A stretch of 11,348 bases of DNA from an uncultured bacterium (GTDB lineage Bacteria > SAR324 > NAC60-12). Below, one piece after another: positions 1 through 8,377 of this stretch. Where the stretch lies: the NCBI GenBank assembly GCA_964010765.1, contig CAXGMD010000088.1, forward strand, positions 1 to 11,348, given 5' to 3'. Within the stretch, counting starts at the first letter, position 1. Every line of letters begins with the position of its first letter. The notes beneath the pieces were generated by a model that saw nothing but the letters and a program-made list of their open reading frames with translations, was not told the DNA's origin and made no database searches. A program made the position numbers and the translations under genes.

Positions 1-1191
1 GTCTTTATCTGACACTTTGTCAACTAAATCAACTAGTTGTGGTAGGTAGAGTTTGAAACAGGCTCCTCCTGATGTATTTTCTGCTTCCAGGTTTCCTTGC
101 AAGTGAAGAATTGCTAACATTCTGCTCATGTAGAGCCCAAGGCCAGTACCATTACGATCCATCTTGGTGGTGTAGTAGGGCTCAAAGATTTTTGTGAGGC
201 TACCCTCATCGATTCCTCCCGCGTTGTCTTCCACTTCAATCAAGTAGCCACCGCTACCTCGCTCAGAAATCCTGATATTGAGCACTCGGAGAAGCTTGTC
301 CTGGCGATCTTCCAAGGCTTCGATGGCATTTTGGATCAACTCCTTGCAGATGGAACGGATAAAATTCCCATGTTGAGTCGTGATTGTATTCAACCCTTCA
401 TTGGTAACGACACAGCGGATTGCGGAGGTTTCCAAGCGTTTCTGCACGTCAGCGATTAGGGCCTGGATGATATTCGCCAGATCCATTGATTTCTGAGGTC
501 GCCTGACATCCGAAAACACTTGGCGTACCTCGTTGATGGTATTGGAGAGATGCTGAGAAAGCCGCTGAATTTCTTCCAAGTTTTCATTCAGGTAGCTATC
601 TCCCTGATTGTTCAATTGATTGTGAACTTCCAATTTAGACGCTACCACAGAGATCGTACTCAGCGGTTGCCTCCAGTGGTGTGCCAACAGATTCAGCATT
701 TCTCCCATGGAGGCGAGACGATCTTGAATTTTCTGATACTCCTGGCGCTGCCGATCCGTAATGTCCTGAGTGGTCCCAAAGAGTGCAATCACCTCATTCT
801 GGGCATTGAGCAGAGGTGCCACGTGCGCGGAGAACCACTTTGTTTCTCCAGTAGTCTGGTCGGTGGCTCGATAATCAAATTGTACTTCAACCTTCTGAGT
901 AATCACCTTGATGCGTGCATTTTCCGAGATCTTCCGATCCTCTGGAATACACATCTTTTCAAGGAATTCTTCATAATAGACAGTGGCACCAAGAGGAACT
1001 CCATGCAGGCGATACATCTCTTCGCTGACCAAAATCTGCATGGTGGCCAGGTCAATCGTCCAGATCCCGGCTTTGGTTAATCGCTGAAGTTGGGCAAAGA
1101 GCTCCTGGGGATGTTGAATCCCTTCCACATTCGGTTTTGCCGACTGGATTTTCTGTAGTACTTGAACAGGATTGTTGGTGGTTTGTGGCAT
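1..1191 (-). CDS. PAS-domain sensor histidine kinase (PAS/PAC-HisKA-HATPase_c), cytoplasmic, 3' end beyond window
   Basis: Manual translation of the minus strand gives a stop-free frame of 397 codons from ATG at 1191 (preceded by AGAGGGAA and an in-frame TAG) to position 1. Starts MPQTTNNPVQ; PAS/PAC features AGIWTIDL...PEDR...KWFSAHVAPLLNAQNEVIALFGTTQDITDRQ; H-box RLASMGEMLNLLAHHWRQPLSTI; N-box ELIQNAIEA; G1 EDNAGGI; F-box IFEPYYTTK; G2 GTGLGL. No transmembrane segment seen. Confidence 0.95.
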   Translation of the reverse strand, partial: MPQTTNNPVQVLQKIQSAKPNVEGIQHPQELFAQLQRLTKAGIWTIDLATMQILVSEEMYRLHGVPLGATVYYEEFLEKMCIPEDRKISENARIKVITQKVEVQFDYRATDQTTGETKWFSAHVAPLLNAQNEVIALFGTTQDITDRQRQEYQKIQDRLASMGEMLNLLAHHWRQPLSTISVVASKLEVHNQLNNQGDSYLNENLEEIQRLSQHLSNTINEVRQVFSDVRRPQKSMDLANIIQALIADVQKRLETSAIRCVVTNEGLNTITTQHGNFIRSICKELIQNAIEALEDRQDKLLRVLNIRISERGSGGYLIEVEDNAGGIDEGSLTKIFEPYYTTKMDRNGTGLGLYMSRMLAILHLQGNLEAENTSGGACFKLYLPQLVDLVDKVSDKD

Positions 1192-1852
1192 TTCCCTCTA
1201 AATAGCCTCTGAATTTCAGCGAGTAAAATTAACTGACGCCCATTGGTCAGTATTTTTGGTAAGCAATAAAAGTTCAAAAATTAAGATTTTCTATTCAGAA
1301 AAAATCTAAAATAAATAGTTTATGATTGGCTTAGCTTAAAGTTTTTTGTGAAAATCAAGTAATAAAATTTGCCAGCTTAAAATATATACTTCATTCGGAT
1401 TGGTTTTTGACATGCTAAGTTTGATTTTCATGTCATGATTGTTTCATAAAAAACATGAAATCAAATAATCATTAGATTTCGAAGTGTGGCTTTTTATCAA
1501 AAAAATCGGGCTTTTCTTCTAAAAAGAAAATACACGAATCAAAAACTATTTGATAATAGTAAACACTTGGTAGAACCGCCAGAAAGAAAGCCTAACCTTC
1601 AGATATCAGTTGTCCCTAAGGAAAAGCAAATGGTTTGTGGAGGGTGTTAAAAATAACCTGATCGTTTGCGAACAAGAAAGTCAGTAATTTTGCTGGAGAA
1701 CAACAAAACTATTTGTAGCATTTTGTGTCAATTGAAAAGAATAATAACTGTAAATTTGTGTATTTGTATGACTAAATATGTTATTGTTTGGTGATTGCTA
1801 AGGTAACCAAGAACTCTCTGAAAACAATCTGAATCGGCGAAGGAGGTTTGCT
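1192..1852. promoter_or_regulatory. AT-rich divergent intergenic region, presumed promoters for the histidine kinase and CYTH genes
   Basis: 661 bp between head-to-head start codons, visibly much more AT-rich than the flanking genes, with several short inverted repeats. No convincing -35/-10 pair could be fixed. Confidence 0.55.
1840..1846 (+). promoter_or_regulatory. Shine-Dalgarno site of the CYTH gene
   Basis: AAGGAGG ending 6 nt before the GTG at 1853. Confidence 0.85.
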
Positions 1853-2317
1853 GTGGGAATGGAAATCGAGCGAAAGTTTCTCGTGCTTAACGAAGATTGG
1901 AAGGTGGGTGCTGTGGGTGCTTTTTTACACCAAGGATATCTGAATCGTCACCCACAGCGCAGCGTTCGAGTACGCATTAAGGGGCAGCAGGCCTTTCTGA
2001 CGATTAAGGGGATGGTCTCCGAAATCTCACGATTCGAGTACGAATACCCAATTCCACTGGCTGATGCTCAGCATATGCTTAAGGAATTGTGTGAGCCACC
2101 AACCTTGGAAAAGACTCGTTACCTAGTGGAGTATGAAGGAATGTGCTGGGAAATTGATGAATTTCACGGAGACAACGCAGGCTTGGTGGTCGCAGAAATC
2201 GAATTGGAAAATGAGGAACAACCCTTTGCAAAGCCACCTTGGCTTGGTGAAGAAGTGAGTCAGGATTCCCGTTACCTGAATATCAACCTCTCTCAGCACC
2301 CTTATTGCCAATGGTAG
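1853..2317 (+). CDS. CYTH domain protein (triphosphate tunnel metalloenzyme; likely inorganic triphosphatase, often annotated adenylate cyclase class IV-like)
   Basis: 154 aa. N-terminal EIERKFLV (ExExK motif), QGYL, SVRVR, LTIKG, RFEYEYPIP, EKTRY, WEIDEF, GLVVAEIEL, PPWLGEEVS-RYLN are typical of short CYTH proteins. Strong SD. Confidence 0.93.
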   Translation: MGMEIERKFLVLNEDWKVGAVGAFLHQGYLNRHPQRSVRVRIKGQQAFLTIKGMVSEISRFEYEYPIPLADAQHMLKELCEPPTLEKTRYLVEYEGMCWEIDEFHGDNAGLVVAEIELENEEQPFAKPPWLGEEVSQDSRYLNINLSQHPYCQW

Positions 2318-2328
2318 CAACTGGCTAC

Positions 2329-2550
2329 TTATTGATTCCTACCCCGTACATGCAAGTCGATCTGCATCTGGGTCTGATCGAGAACGGTCTTCTGTAAGTG
2401 CTGGACCATCTCTTTCTTGGCCTGCCGCTGCTCCTGATTGCCACGGTAGCGGATTTGTTCCTTGAGCAGCTTGTCGAGATCCAGATCAGGCTGAGCTGTG
2501 TCCTGCTCTTCGTCAAGCCTCCACAGTACGCCAAACAAACGAATTTTCAT
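2329..2550 (-). CDS. Small hypothetical protein (73 aa), translationally coupled to rlmN
   Basis: Its ATG overlaps the rlmN TGA (ATGA at 2550-2547) and is preceded by GAGGAGGGAG. It fills the gap to the convergent CYTH gene and has plausible helical composition. No family recognised. Confidence 0.65.
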   Translation of the reverse strand: MKIRLFGVLWRLDEEQDTAQPDLDLDKLLKEQIRYRGNQEQRQAKKEMVQHLQKTVLDQTQMQIDLHVRGRNQ

Positions 2551-3599
2551 CCGACTCCCTCCTCTACGGCTAGGCCTTGTTCACTGCGTAGTTGGCCACA
2601 TGCCCCTTGGATATCCTGTCCCTTGGAGATGCGTAAGGTTGCAACCACACCCCGATCCAGCAAGTAACGTTGAAAGCGCTGAATCTGCTCCCAATCAGAG
2701 CGTTGGTACTCACTGTCTGGTGCAGCATTGAAGGGAATCAGGTTGATCTTGAACTTCACTCCATGCAGTAGGCGGATCAAGGCTTTGGCGTCATCAATTG
2801 AATCCGTGATGCCCTTGAGCAGAATGTACTCAAAAGTGATGCGCTTACGGGCCTCAAGTGGGAATTCCTGGCAGACTTGAACCAACTGGGCCAGGTTGTA
2901 ACGCTTGTTGACAGGCATCAAACGCCCACGGACCGTATCGGAGGAGCCATTCAGTGAAATCGCCAGGTTCGCCTTGACTCGTTCCTGGCCAAAACGGCGA
3001 ATCTGTGGCACCAGTCCTGAGGTTGAGACTGTGACACGGCGCTGTGAGAAGTTGAAGCCGTACTCGTCAGTGAGAATCTCCAAGGCCGTCATGACCTGAT
3101 CATAGTTGTGGAAAGGTTCTCCCATTCCCATAAAGACAATGTTGCGGAGTGGTAATCCAGTAGCATCTCTTCGAGCTTCAACCACTTGCTCCACGATCTC
3201 ACCAGCGCTCAGGTTCCTGATCAGTCCCATTTTGCCTGTAACGCAGAAAGAACAACCCATCGCACAGCCCACCTGAGAGGAAACACACACCGTATGATGA
3301 TCGTGGTGTGGCATCAGCACTGTCTCGATAGTCTTACCATCTTGCAGGCCAAGGAGGTACTTACGCGAGCCGTCTTTCGAGACTTGTTCTGCAACTCGGG
3401 TCAGGCGGGGGAGGTGGAAGTTGTCGATCAGCAATTGACGGGTGGACTTGGCCAGGTTGCTCATTCCGTCCCAGTCACTGACATCTTTTTGGTAGAGCCA
3501 GGTGAAGACTTGGTCTGCGCGGAAAGGGCGCTCGTTGTGCTCAGAGAACCAGTCGCGCAGGCGAGCCCGTGTCCAGTCTTTAAGATTGTGAAGGGTCAT
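2547..3599 (-). CDS. rlmN: Dual-specificity 23S rRNA m2A2503 / tRNA m2A37 radical SAM methyltransferase
   Basis: 350 aa. FRADQ, SKDGSRKYL, CVSSQVGCAMGCSFC (CxxxCxxC), RNLSAGEIVEQV, NIVFMGMGEP, TVSTSG, LAISL, FEYILL, INLIPFN and C-terminal DIQGACGQL with the catalytic Cys. Confidence 0.96.
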   Translation of the reverse strand: MTLHNLKDWTRARLRDWFSEHNERPFRADQVFTWLYQKDVSDWDGMSNLAKSTRQLLIDNFHLPRLTRVAEQVSKDGSRKYLLGLQDGKTIETVLMPHHDHHTVCVSSQVGCAMGCSFCVTGKMGLIRNLSAGEIVEQVVEARRDATGLPLRNIVFMGMGEPFHNYDQVMTALEILTDEYGFNFSQRRVTVSTSGLVPQIRRFGQERVKANLAISLNGSSDTVRGRLMPVNKRYNLAQLVQVCQEFPLEARKRITFEYILLKGITDSIDDAKALIRLLHGVKFKINLIPFNAAPDSEYQRSDWEQIQRFQRYLLDRGVVATLRISKGQDIQGACGQLRSEQGLAVEEGVG

Positions 3600-3675
3600 T
3601 GTGAATCAAATACAGACGACTGGAACGGGCGGGAAAGTCCGAAACAGAGGTGGGTAAGATGAAAGTAGTCGGCAA

Positions 3676-4068
3676 TCAACCAGCTTCTTCGAGCACAAAC
3701 TGATCGTACTCCTCATCGTCCAGCAAGTTGTCTTGCTCGTCCGGCTCACTGAGCGCTACACGGATCAACCAGCCTTCATCATAACAATCTTCGTTGATCG
3801 TCTCTGGTCGATCAGCAAGCTCCGAATTGATATCGGTTACCTTGCCGGACATAGGCGAGAACAACGAAGAGACGGCTTTGACAGATTCGATAGTGCCAAA
3901 TTCTTCACCAGCTTCCAACTCATCACCGACCGAGGGAAGCTCAACATAGACAATGTCTCCCAGCGACTTTTGCGCATGGAAGGTGATACCAATTTCGGCC
4001 TGGTTGCCATCTAGCCGAATCCATTCGTGCTCACGCGTATATTTAAGATCTGACGGGGTCTGAGACAT
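3676..4068 (-). CDS. gcvH: Glycine cleavage system H protein (lipoyl carrier)
   Basis: 130 aa. LKYTREHEWI, IGITFHAQKSLGDIVYVELP, IESVKA (lipoyl-Lys), PETINEDCYDEGWL; upstream GAGGG SD. Confidence 0.97.
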   Translation of the reverse strand: MSQTPSDLKYTREHEWIRLDGNQAEIGITFHAQKSLGDIVYVELPSVGDELEAGEEFGTIESVKAVSSLFSPMSGKVTDINSELADRPETINEDCYDEGWLIRVALSEPDEQDNLLDDEEYDQFVLEEAG

Positions 4069-4172
4069 TTTCCCTCTTGGGCGTCAATTCCACCTTGGAA
4101 GCCAGCAGTTACCTGCCATAAACAAATTAGTAACAGATCCTAAACAGAGAAACCGATTTGTCCAGAAAAAAA

Positions 4173-5282
4173 TCAAGTAGAGCGGGAAATCTGATAAAAA
4201 GGTAGCCTCACAACTTCTGCAGCTAGCCGTCGCTTACGCACCTGTACAAGGAAGGTGCTGCCGATCTCAGACAACTCTGTGGGAACATAAGCCATCCCAA
4301 TCGGAGCGTTGAGTGTTGGCGAAAGAAGACCACTCGTCACGCTGCCAACGGTCTGCTCTTCTGGATTCAGGATGGGAAAGCCATGACGGGGAATACCAAA
4401 TTCCTGCATCTGAAAACCTACCAGCTTGCGCTGTGGATTCTCTTCAGAACGTAGCAGGGCTTCTTTACCAATGAAGTCACCCTTCTCAGGTTTGATGATC
4501 CAACCCAGTCCCGCTTCGTATAGGGAAATATCCTGACCCAATTCGTGTCCATAGAGGTGTAGTCCACCTTCCAGGCGCAGACTATCTCGTGCACTCAGAC
4601 CACAGGGTTCGATGCCAAAAGAGGAACCTGCTTCCAACAGTTTTGTCCAGATGGCTTCCGCGTGCTGCGGCGACAGATATAACTCAAATCCATCGCTGGC
4701 CGTGTAGCCGGTACGACTCAACAGCACAGGGCAACCGAGTAACTCTCCTTCCAGAAAGCGATAGTAGCGCAAGTCTCGAACAGGCAAATCACTGATTGAT
4801 TCAAGCACATCCACAGCGAGAGGGCCCTGCAGCGCGAGTAAAGCGTAGTCACTGCCCACATTGCGTAGGTTGGCACCAAACTGAGAGTTTTGTTCTTGCA
4901 ACCAATTGAAATCCTGATCCTGGTTGGCCGCGTTGACGACCAGTAGGTAGCGCTCTTCTGCCAGACGATAGACGAGCAGATCATCCCAGGCTCCTCCTGC
5001 TGGGGTAGTCAGTGCGTTGTAGCGTGCGGCGCCAACTGGGATTTTTGAGATGTCGTTGCAGGTCGTGTATTGCAGCAAGTCCGCAGCCCTTTCACCTTCC
5101 ACCAGCAGTTCTCCCATGTGGCTGACGTCAAAGAGTCCTACAGCTTCTCGAACCGCTTGATGCTCCTGCTTATCGCTCTGATAGCGCACTGGCAAATGCC
5201 AGCCACCAAAGTCGGTCATGAAGGCACCGGATTGCAAATGCCAGTCATGCAGTGGGGTCTTATTTAAGGTAGTCGAACTCAT
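4173..5282 (-). CDS. gcvT: Glycine cleavage system T protein (aminomethyltransferase)
   Basis: 369 aa. KTPLHDWH, FGGWHLPVRY, EHQAVREAVGLFDVSHMGE, DDLLVYR, VVNAAN, LALQGP, SRTGYT-DGFE, ARDSLRLEGG, GSVTSG; directly upstream of gcvH. Confidence 0.95.
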   Translation of the reverse strand: MSSTTLNKTPLHDWHLQSGAFMTDFGGWHLPVRYQSDKQEHQAVREAVGLFDVSHMGELLVEGERAADLLQYTTCNDISKIPVGAARYNALTTPAGGAWDDLLVYRLAEERYLLVVNAANQDQDFNWLQEQNSQFGANLRNVGSDYALLALQGPLAVDVLESISDLPVRDLRYYRFLEGELLGCPVLLSRTGYTASDGFELYLSPQHAEAIWTKLLEAGSSFGIEPCGLSARDSLRLEGGLHLYGHELGQDISLYEAGLGWIIKPEKGDFIGKEALLRSEENPQRKLVGFQMQEFGIPRHGFPILNPEEQTVGSVTSGLLSPTLNAPIGMAYVPTELSEIGSTFLVQVRKRRLAAEVVRLPFYQISRST

Positions 5283-5325
5283 GATTTAATTTCTCTGGAA
5301 GTGGGAACGAAGTGGCAGAAAGAGT

Positions 5326-6972
5326 CTATTCTCGGTGAGCGCCAGCCATTGGTTTCGGTTCGTAGTGGCGCATTGTGTAGGCCAGCGTCTGCCCAAGGGC
5401 TTTACGGCTGAAACCTGGAGGCACCAACTGTGAAACGGAGCCGAGCCGTAGCGCCTCTTCTGGATTGAGCAGCTGCTCTTCGTAGCGTGTGGTTAGTCCG
5501 GCAAGAGCTTGATCACGAGTGGCTGCTGCTTCCAAGTTGGACATTCCAGCTTCCACGTTCTGCTCATATTGATGATGGATATTTCGGAACTCATCCTTAT
5601 ATATATACTGCCGTCCAGCCGGCCCCATCACGGCGATACGTGCAGTTGGTAGGGAGAAGACAAAGTCTGCTCCAATGTGGTAGCTGTTCCAGGCACAATA
5701 GGCCCCACCAAAGGCGTTACGTACAATCAGCGTCAGCCGTGGAACACGCAGGTCAATGATGGCGTCCATCATCTCACGACCAGCTTGCACAATACCCAAA
5801 GTTTCCTGCTCGGATCCCGGTGCAAAGCCCGCAACATCCATCAGAAAGACAGTGGGAATGTTGTAGAGATTACAGAAGCGTACGAACTTGGCGACCTTGC
5901 GCGAAGCATGCACATCAATATTACCGGAGTTGAAAGCGCTATTGTTGCAGACAAATCCAGCAACATGTCCACCCAGACGAGCAAAGGCTGTGATCACCTG
6001 TCGTGCTCGGGAAGGTTGGATTTCGAAATAGTCCCCGTGGTCTACAATTTGTTGCAGAAAAAGTCGCATATCCAGTGGGGTGTTAAAGCCCGTTACCGGG
6101 TTGGAAAAAGTTTTTTCGAGCAGAACTTCTTCCTCTTCCACCTTCTCATCGAGGGAACCGAAAGAGTGGTTAAATGGGGCAAGTGAGTGATTGTTATCAG
6201 GCAGATAACTGAGCAGTCGTAAAGACAGTCGTAAGGCGTCCAACTCGTCCGGGGCCTCCAGGTCAACGACTCCACTCTGAGTATGCACCTTGGGCCCACC
6301 TAGATCATCTGGCGTGATGTCTTCGCCGAGTGCTTCACGCACAACGTTGGGACCCGTGAGCCCAAAAAATGTCTGCTGGGGTTGAATCAGGAAAGAACCT
6401 TGCCGAGGTAAGTAGGCGCCACCACCGGCATTGTAACCAAACATCAGCATGATGGAGGGAACAATGCCGCTGATTCGACGCATAGCCGCGAAGGCTTCTG
6501 AATAGCCATCCAATCCACCCACACCGGCCGGCACAAACGCTCCTGCCGAGTCGTTCATACCGATCAGCGGAATTCCATGCTCGGCAGCCATCAGAATTTG
6601 ACGGGCAACCTTGGCGCCGTTAGTGGCATCCATCGAACCTGCACGAACAGTGAAATCATGACCGTAGAAGGCAACATCACGTCTCTGGATGTTAAGAATC
6701 CCTGTGACGATTGAAGCTCCATCGAGTTGAGGGCCCCAATTCTGGAAAGTGATGTGGGGTTCCTGTTCAGTCAGAACTCGGATACGCTCCCAGGTCGTCA
6801 TCCGATCTTTACTGTGCTGTGTCCGAATCCGGTCCGGTCCACCTCCTCGACGAGGTAATTCGATCAACTCCTGACCACGTTGTACCATCCGAGCATAGGT
6901 CGAGACGGAAGCATCGGACTCGGTTTGTTTTATCGCAAAGGGGTTGTCCAGACGATAGCGTTCCAAGATCAT
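5326..6972 (-). CDS. Biotin-dependent acyl-CoA carboxylase, carboxyltransferase subunit (Carboxyl_trans, PccB/AccD-like, two crotonase-fold domains)
   Basis: [91 protein letters not shown]. Start placed at ATG 6972 (548 aa; TTG two codons downstream is an alternative with better GGAG spacing). The ORF-track start at 7083 overlaps the upstream gene. Substrate cannot be assigned. Confidence 0.92.
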   Translation of the reverse strand: MILERYRLDNPFAIKQTESDASVSTYARMVQRGQELIELPRRGGGPDRIRTQHSKDRMTTWERIRVLTEQEPHITFQNWGPQLDGASIVTGILNIQRRDVAFYGHDFTVRAGSMDATNGAKVARQILMAAEHGIPLIGMNDSAGAFVPAGVGGLDGYSEAFAAMRRISGIVPSIMLMFGYNAGGGAYLPRQGSFLIQPQQTFFGLTGPNVVREALGEDITPDDLGGPKVHTQSGVVDLEAPDELDALRLSLRLLSYLPDNNHSLAPFNHSFGSLDEKVEEEEVLLEKTFSNPVTGFNTPLDMRLFLQQIVDHGDYFEIQPSRARQVITAFARLGGHVAGFVCNNSAFNSGNIDVHASRKVAKFVRFCNLYNIPTVFLMDVAGFAPGSEQETLGIVQAGREMMDAIIDLRVPRLTLIVRNAFGGAYCAWNSYHIGADFVFSLPTARIAVMGPAGRQYIYKDEFRNIHHQYEQNVEAGMSNLEAAATRDQALAGLTTRYEEQLLNPEEALRLGSVSQLVPPGFSRKALGQTLAYTMRHYEPKPMAGAHRE

Positions 6973-7060
6973 TCTCCGGGCAGGAAAGCAAATGAAGGGC
7001 AGTTGTGAACCTGTGATTTCTACTGAGCCTTGTGCCTTAGGGCAAGCCAAAAGCCAGGCA

Positions 7061-8116
7061 CTAGCTCTGGTTCCATCGGGCAAGTGTCAGGATCAGAGCC
7101 AGGAATAGCAGGCAGTTGCCCCACGCCGCTAGAAAAGGTGGTAAGGCACCTGCGTGACCGACTGCCAGAAAGATTTGGTTGAGAATCCAGGAGATGATGC
7201 CAAGAAACACAGCGATGGCCAGAGACTCAGCTGCCTTGCTCTGGCGATGATGAGTTGCCGCCAACAGGGCGCCCAAGGCAACCATCAAGAAGAGTTGGGC
7301 TGGGTAGGCCAGTTTCTGAAACAGTTCAACCCAGTGGCTCGTAGTGTCCAAGCCTTCCCGTTGTCGTTGTTCAATATCTTGCCAGAGTTCCAGCAATGGA
7401 AGATAGTGTGGATCTCTACGTGGTTGAAAGGAGAGCAGTGGTAAGTCACTGGTGGATAGTTGTTGCGATTCCTGTTCTTCCAATCGCATTCCTGAGTCAT
7501 CGAATTGCCGTTCAGCAACAGCTTTTAGTTCCCAGCCTTCCGGTTTTCGTTGAGCTTTGTTGGCCTGCAAGGATTCCTGAAGTAGATGCCGAGGCTCTCG
7601 TAGCCAAGAGAAGCGAGCCAATTGCTCAACCTCTCCGTTAGGCTGACGTGGACCGAAATATACAATAGCTCGATCACCGTCTAGCTTCCACTGTGCTGGC
7701 AAACCGGTAGCCACTCCTGCATTGCCCCAGTGTTTCTGCATCCAGGGCTGAGCGTAATTCTGCAATAAATAACCAGCGAGCGCTATACCACAGGCAGTAA
7801 TCAGGAAGGGCCGAATTAACTGCCAGGAGCCAGCCCCAACCGCTCGCATGGCAATCACTTCTGATGTTCGACTGAGTGCGCTGAACGCTGCAATGGTTGC
7901 GAGTAGCACGGTTACAGGAGTCGTCAATTCCAGCAGCAAGGGTAGCAACAAGGCGGTCTGACGTAGGAATGCTAAAAAGCCGGACCAGCTGTCAAAGGCT
8001 TGGTTGAGATCGTTGACTAGGTTGCCCAGTGAGGTGATGGCTACGAAAGCCAACAGGAAGAGAGCGAAAAAACGTAGGAACTCAAGGGCAAGGTATCGTG
8101 AAAGAATGGAAAACAT
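7061..8116 (-). CDS. lptG: LptF/LptG (YjgP/YjgQ) family LPS export ABC transporter permease, most like LptG
   Basis: 351 aa. [11 protein letters not shown] start, three hydrophobic segments, family motif [14 protein letters not shown], soluble central domain, then KLAYP, three more hydrophobic segments and [10 protein letters not shown]. Family assignment is firm; G versus F is less so. Confidence 0.85.
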   Translation of the reverse strand: MFSILSRYLALEFLRFFALFLLAFVAITSLGNLVNDLNQAFDSWSGFLAFLRQTALLLPLLLELTTPVTVLLATIAAFSALSRTSEVIAMRAVGAGSWQLIRPFLITACGIALAGYLLQNYAQPWMQKHWGNAGVATGLPAQWKLDGDRAIVYFGPRQPNGEVEQLARFSWLREPRHLLQESLQANKAQRKPEGWELKAVAERQFDDSGMRLEEQESQQLSTSDLPLLSFQPRRDPHYLPLLELWQDIEQRQREGLDTTSHWVELFQKLAYPAQLFLMVALGALLAATHHRQSKAAESLAIAVFLGIISWILNQIFLAVGHAGALPPFLAAWGNCLLFLALILTLARWNQS

Positions 8117-8377
8117 GAAAGTGCAGCAGTTTTTGCCTACTCTGAGAGATTAATTATTGCAGATTGTCCGCAGCCAGCAGATCATCCTTGGTTGTTGGAA
8201 CTGATCCTGAGAAGATAGACTTGCCTTCATTAGAAATCCACAGTTTTTGGAAGTGCTCTTGTCAGAAGGCATAGTACTGGAAAAACTGGGGAAGATCAGC
8301 TAGTCTTCGTCTCTTCCAAGCTGATTCATAGGCAATCGGAAGGCCATTTGTACCCGGAAACGCCCTAAGGAAACGAG
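8117..8377. promoter_or_regulatory. Divergent intergenic region with SD (AAGGA, 8367-8371) for the large ORF
   Basis: 261 bp between head-to-head starts; AAGGA lies 6 nt before ATG 8378. Confidence 0.55.

Noticed and set aside
520..1080. 186-aa plus-strand ORF
   Set aside because: Antisense shadow of the histidine kinase, which has all expected motifs on the minus strand.
1077..1277. 66-aa minus-strand ORF
   Set aside because: Overlaps the kinase 5' end in another frame and has no recognisable features.
1407..1440. TTGACA at 1407-1412 (and on the minus strand at 1731-1726) as sigma70 -35 boxes
   Set aside because: No acceptable -10 hexamer at 16-18 nt spacing in either case.
1853..2317. 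CYTH gene as a cAMP signalling partner of the divergent kinase
   Set aside because: Most short CYTH proteins are triphosphatases rather than cyclases, and adjacency across 661 bp is not evidence of a functional link.
5283..5325. Glycine riboswitch upstream of gcvT
   Set aside because: Only 43 bp of intergenic space, too short for the aptamer.
2123..6991. Numerous short ORFs in the track (e.g. 2123-2320, 2325-2534, 2398-2667, 3186-3662, 3733-4014, 5677-6186)
   Set aside because: They lie antisense to or out of frame within well-supported genes and show no motifs.
6973..7083. 37-aa N-terminal extension of the carboxyltransferase in the ORF track
   Set aside because: Overlaps the lptG-like stop and does not resemble the family; a GGAG lies near 6972 instead.
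8247..8262. Possible sigma54 promoter TTGGAAGTGCTCTTGT upstream of the large ORF
   Set aside because: The -12 element reads GT rather than the near-invariant GC and the -24 match is partial.
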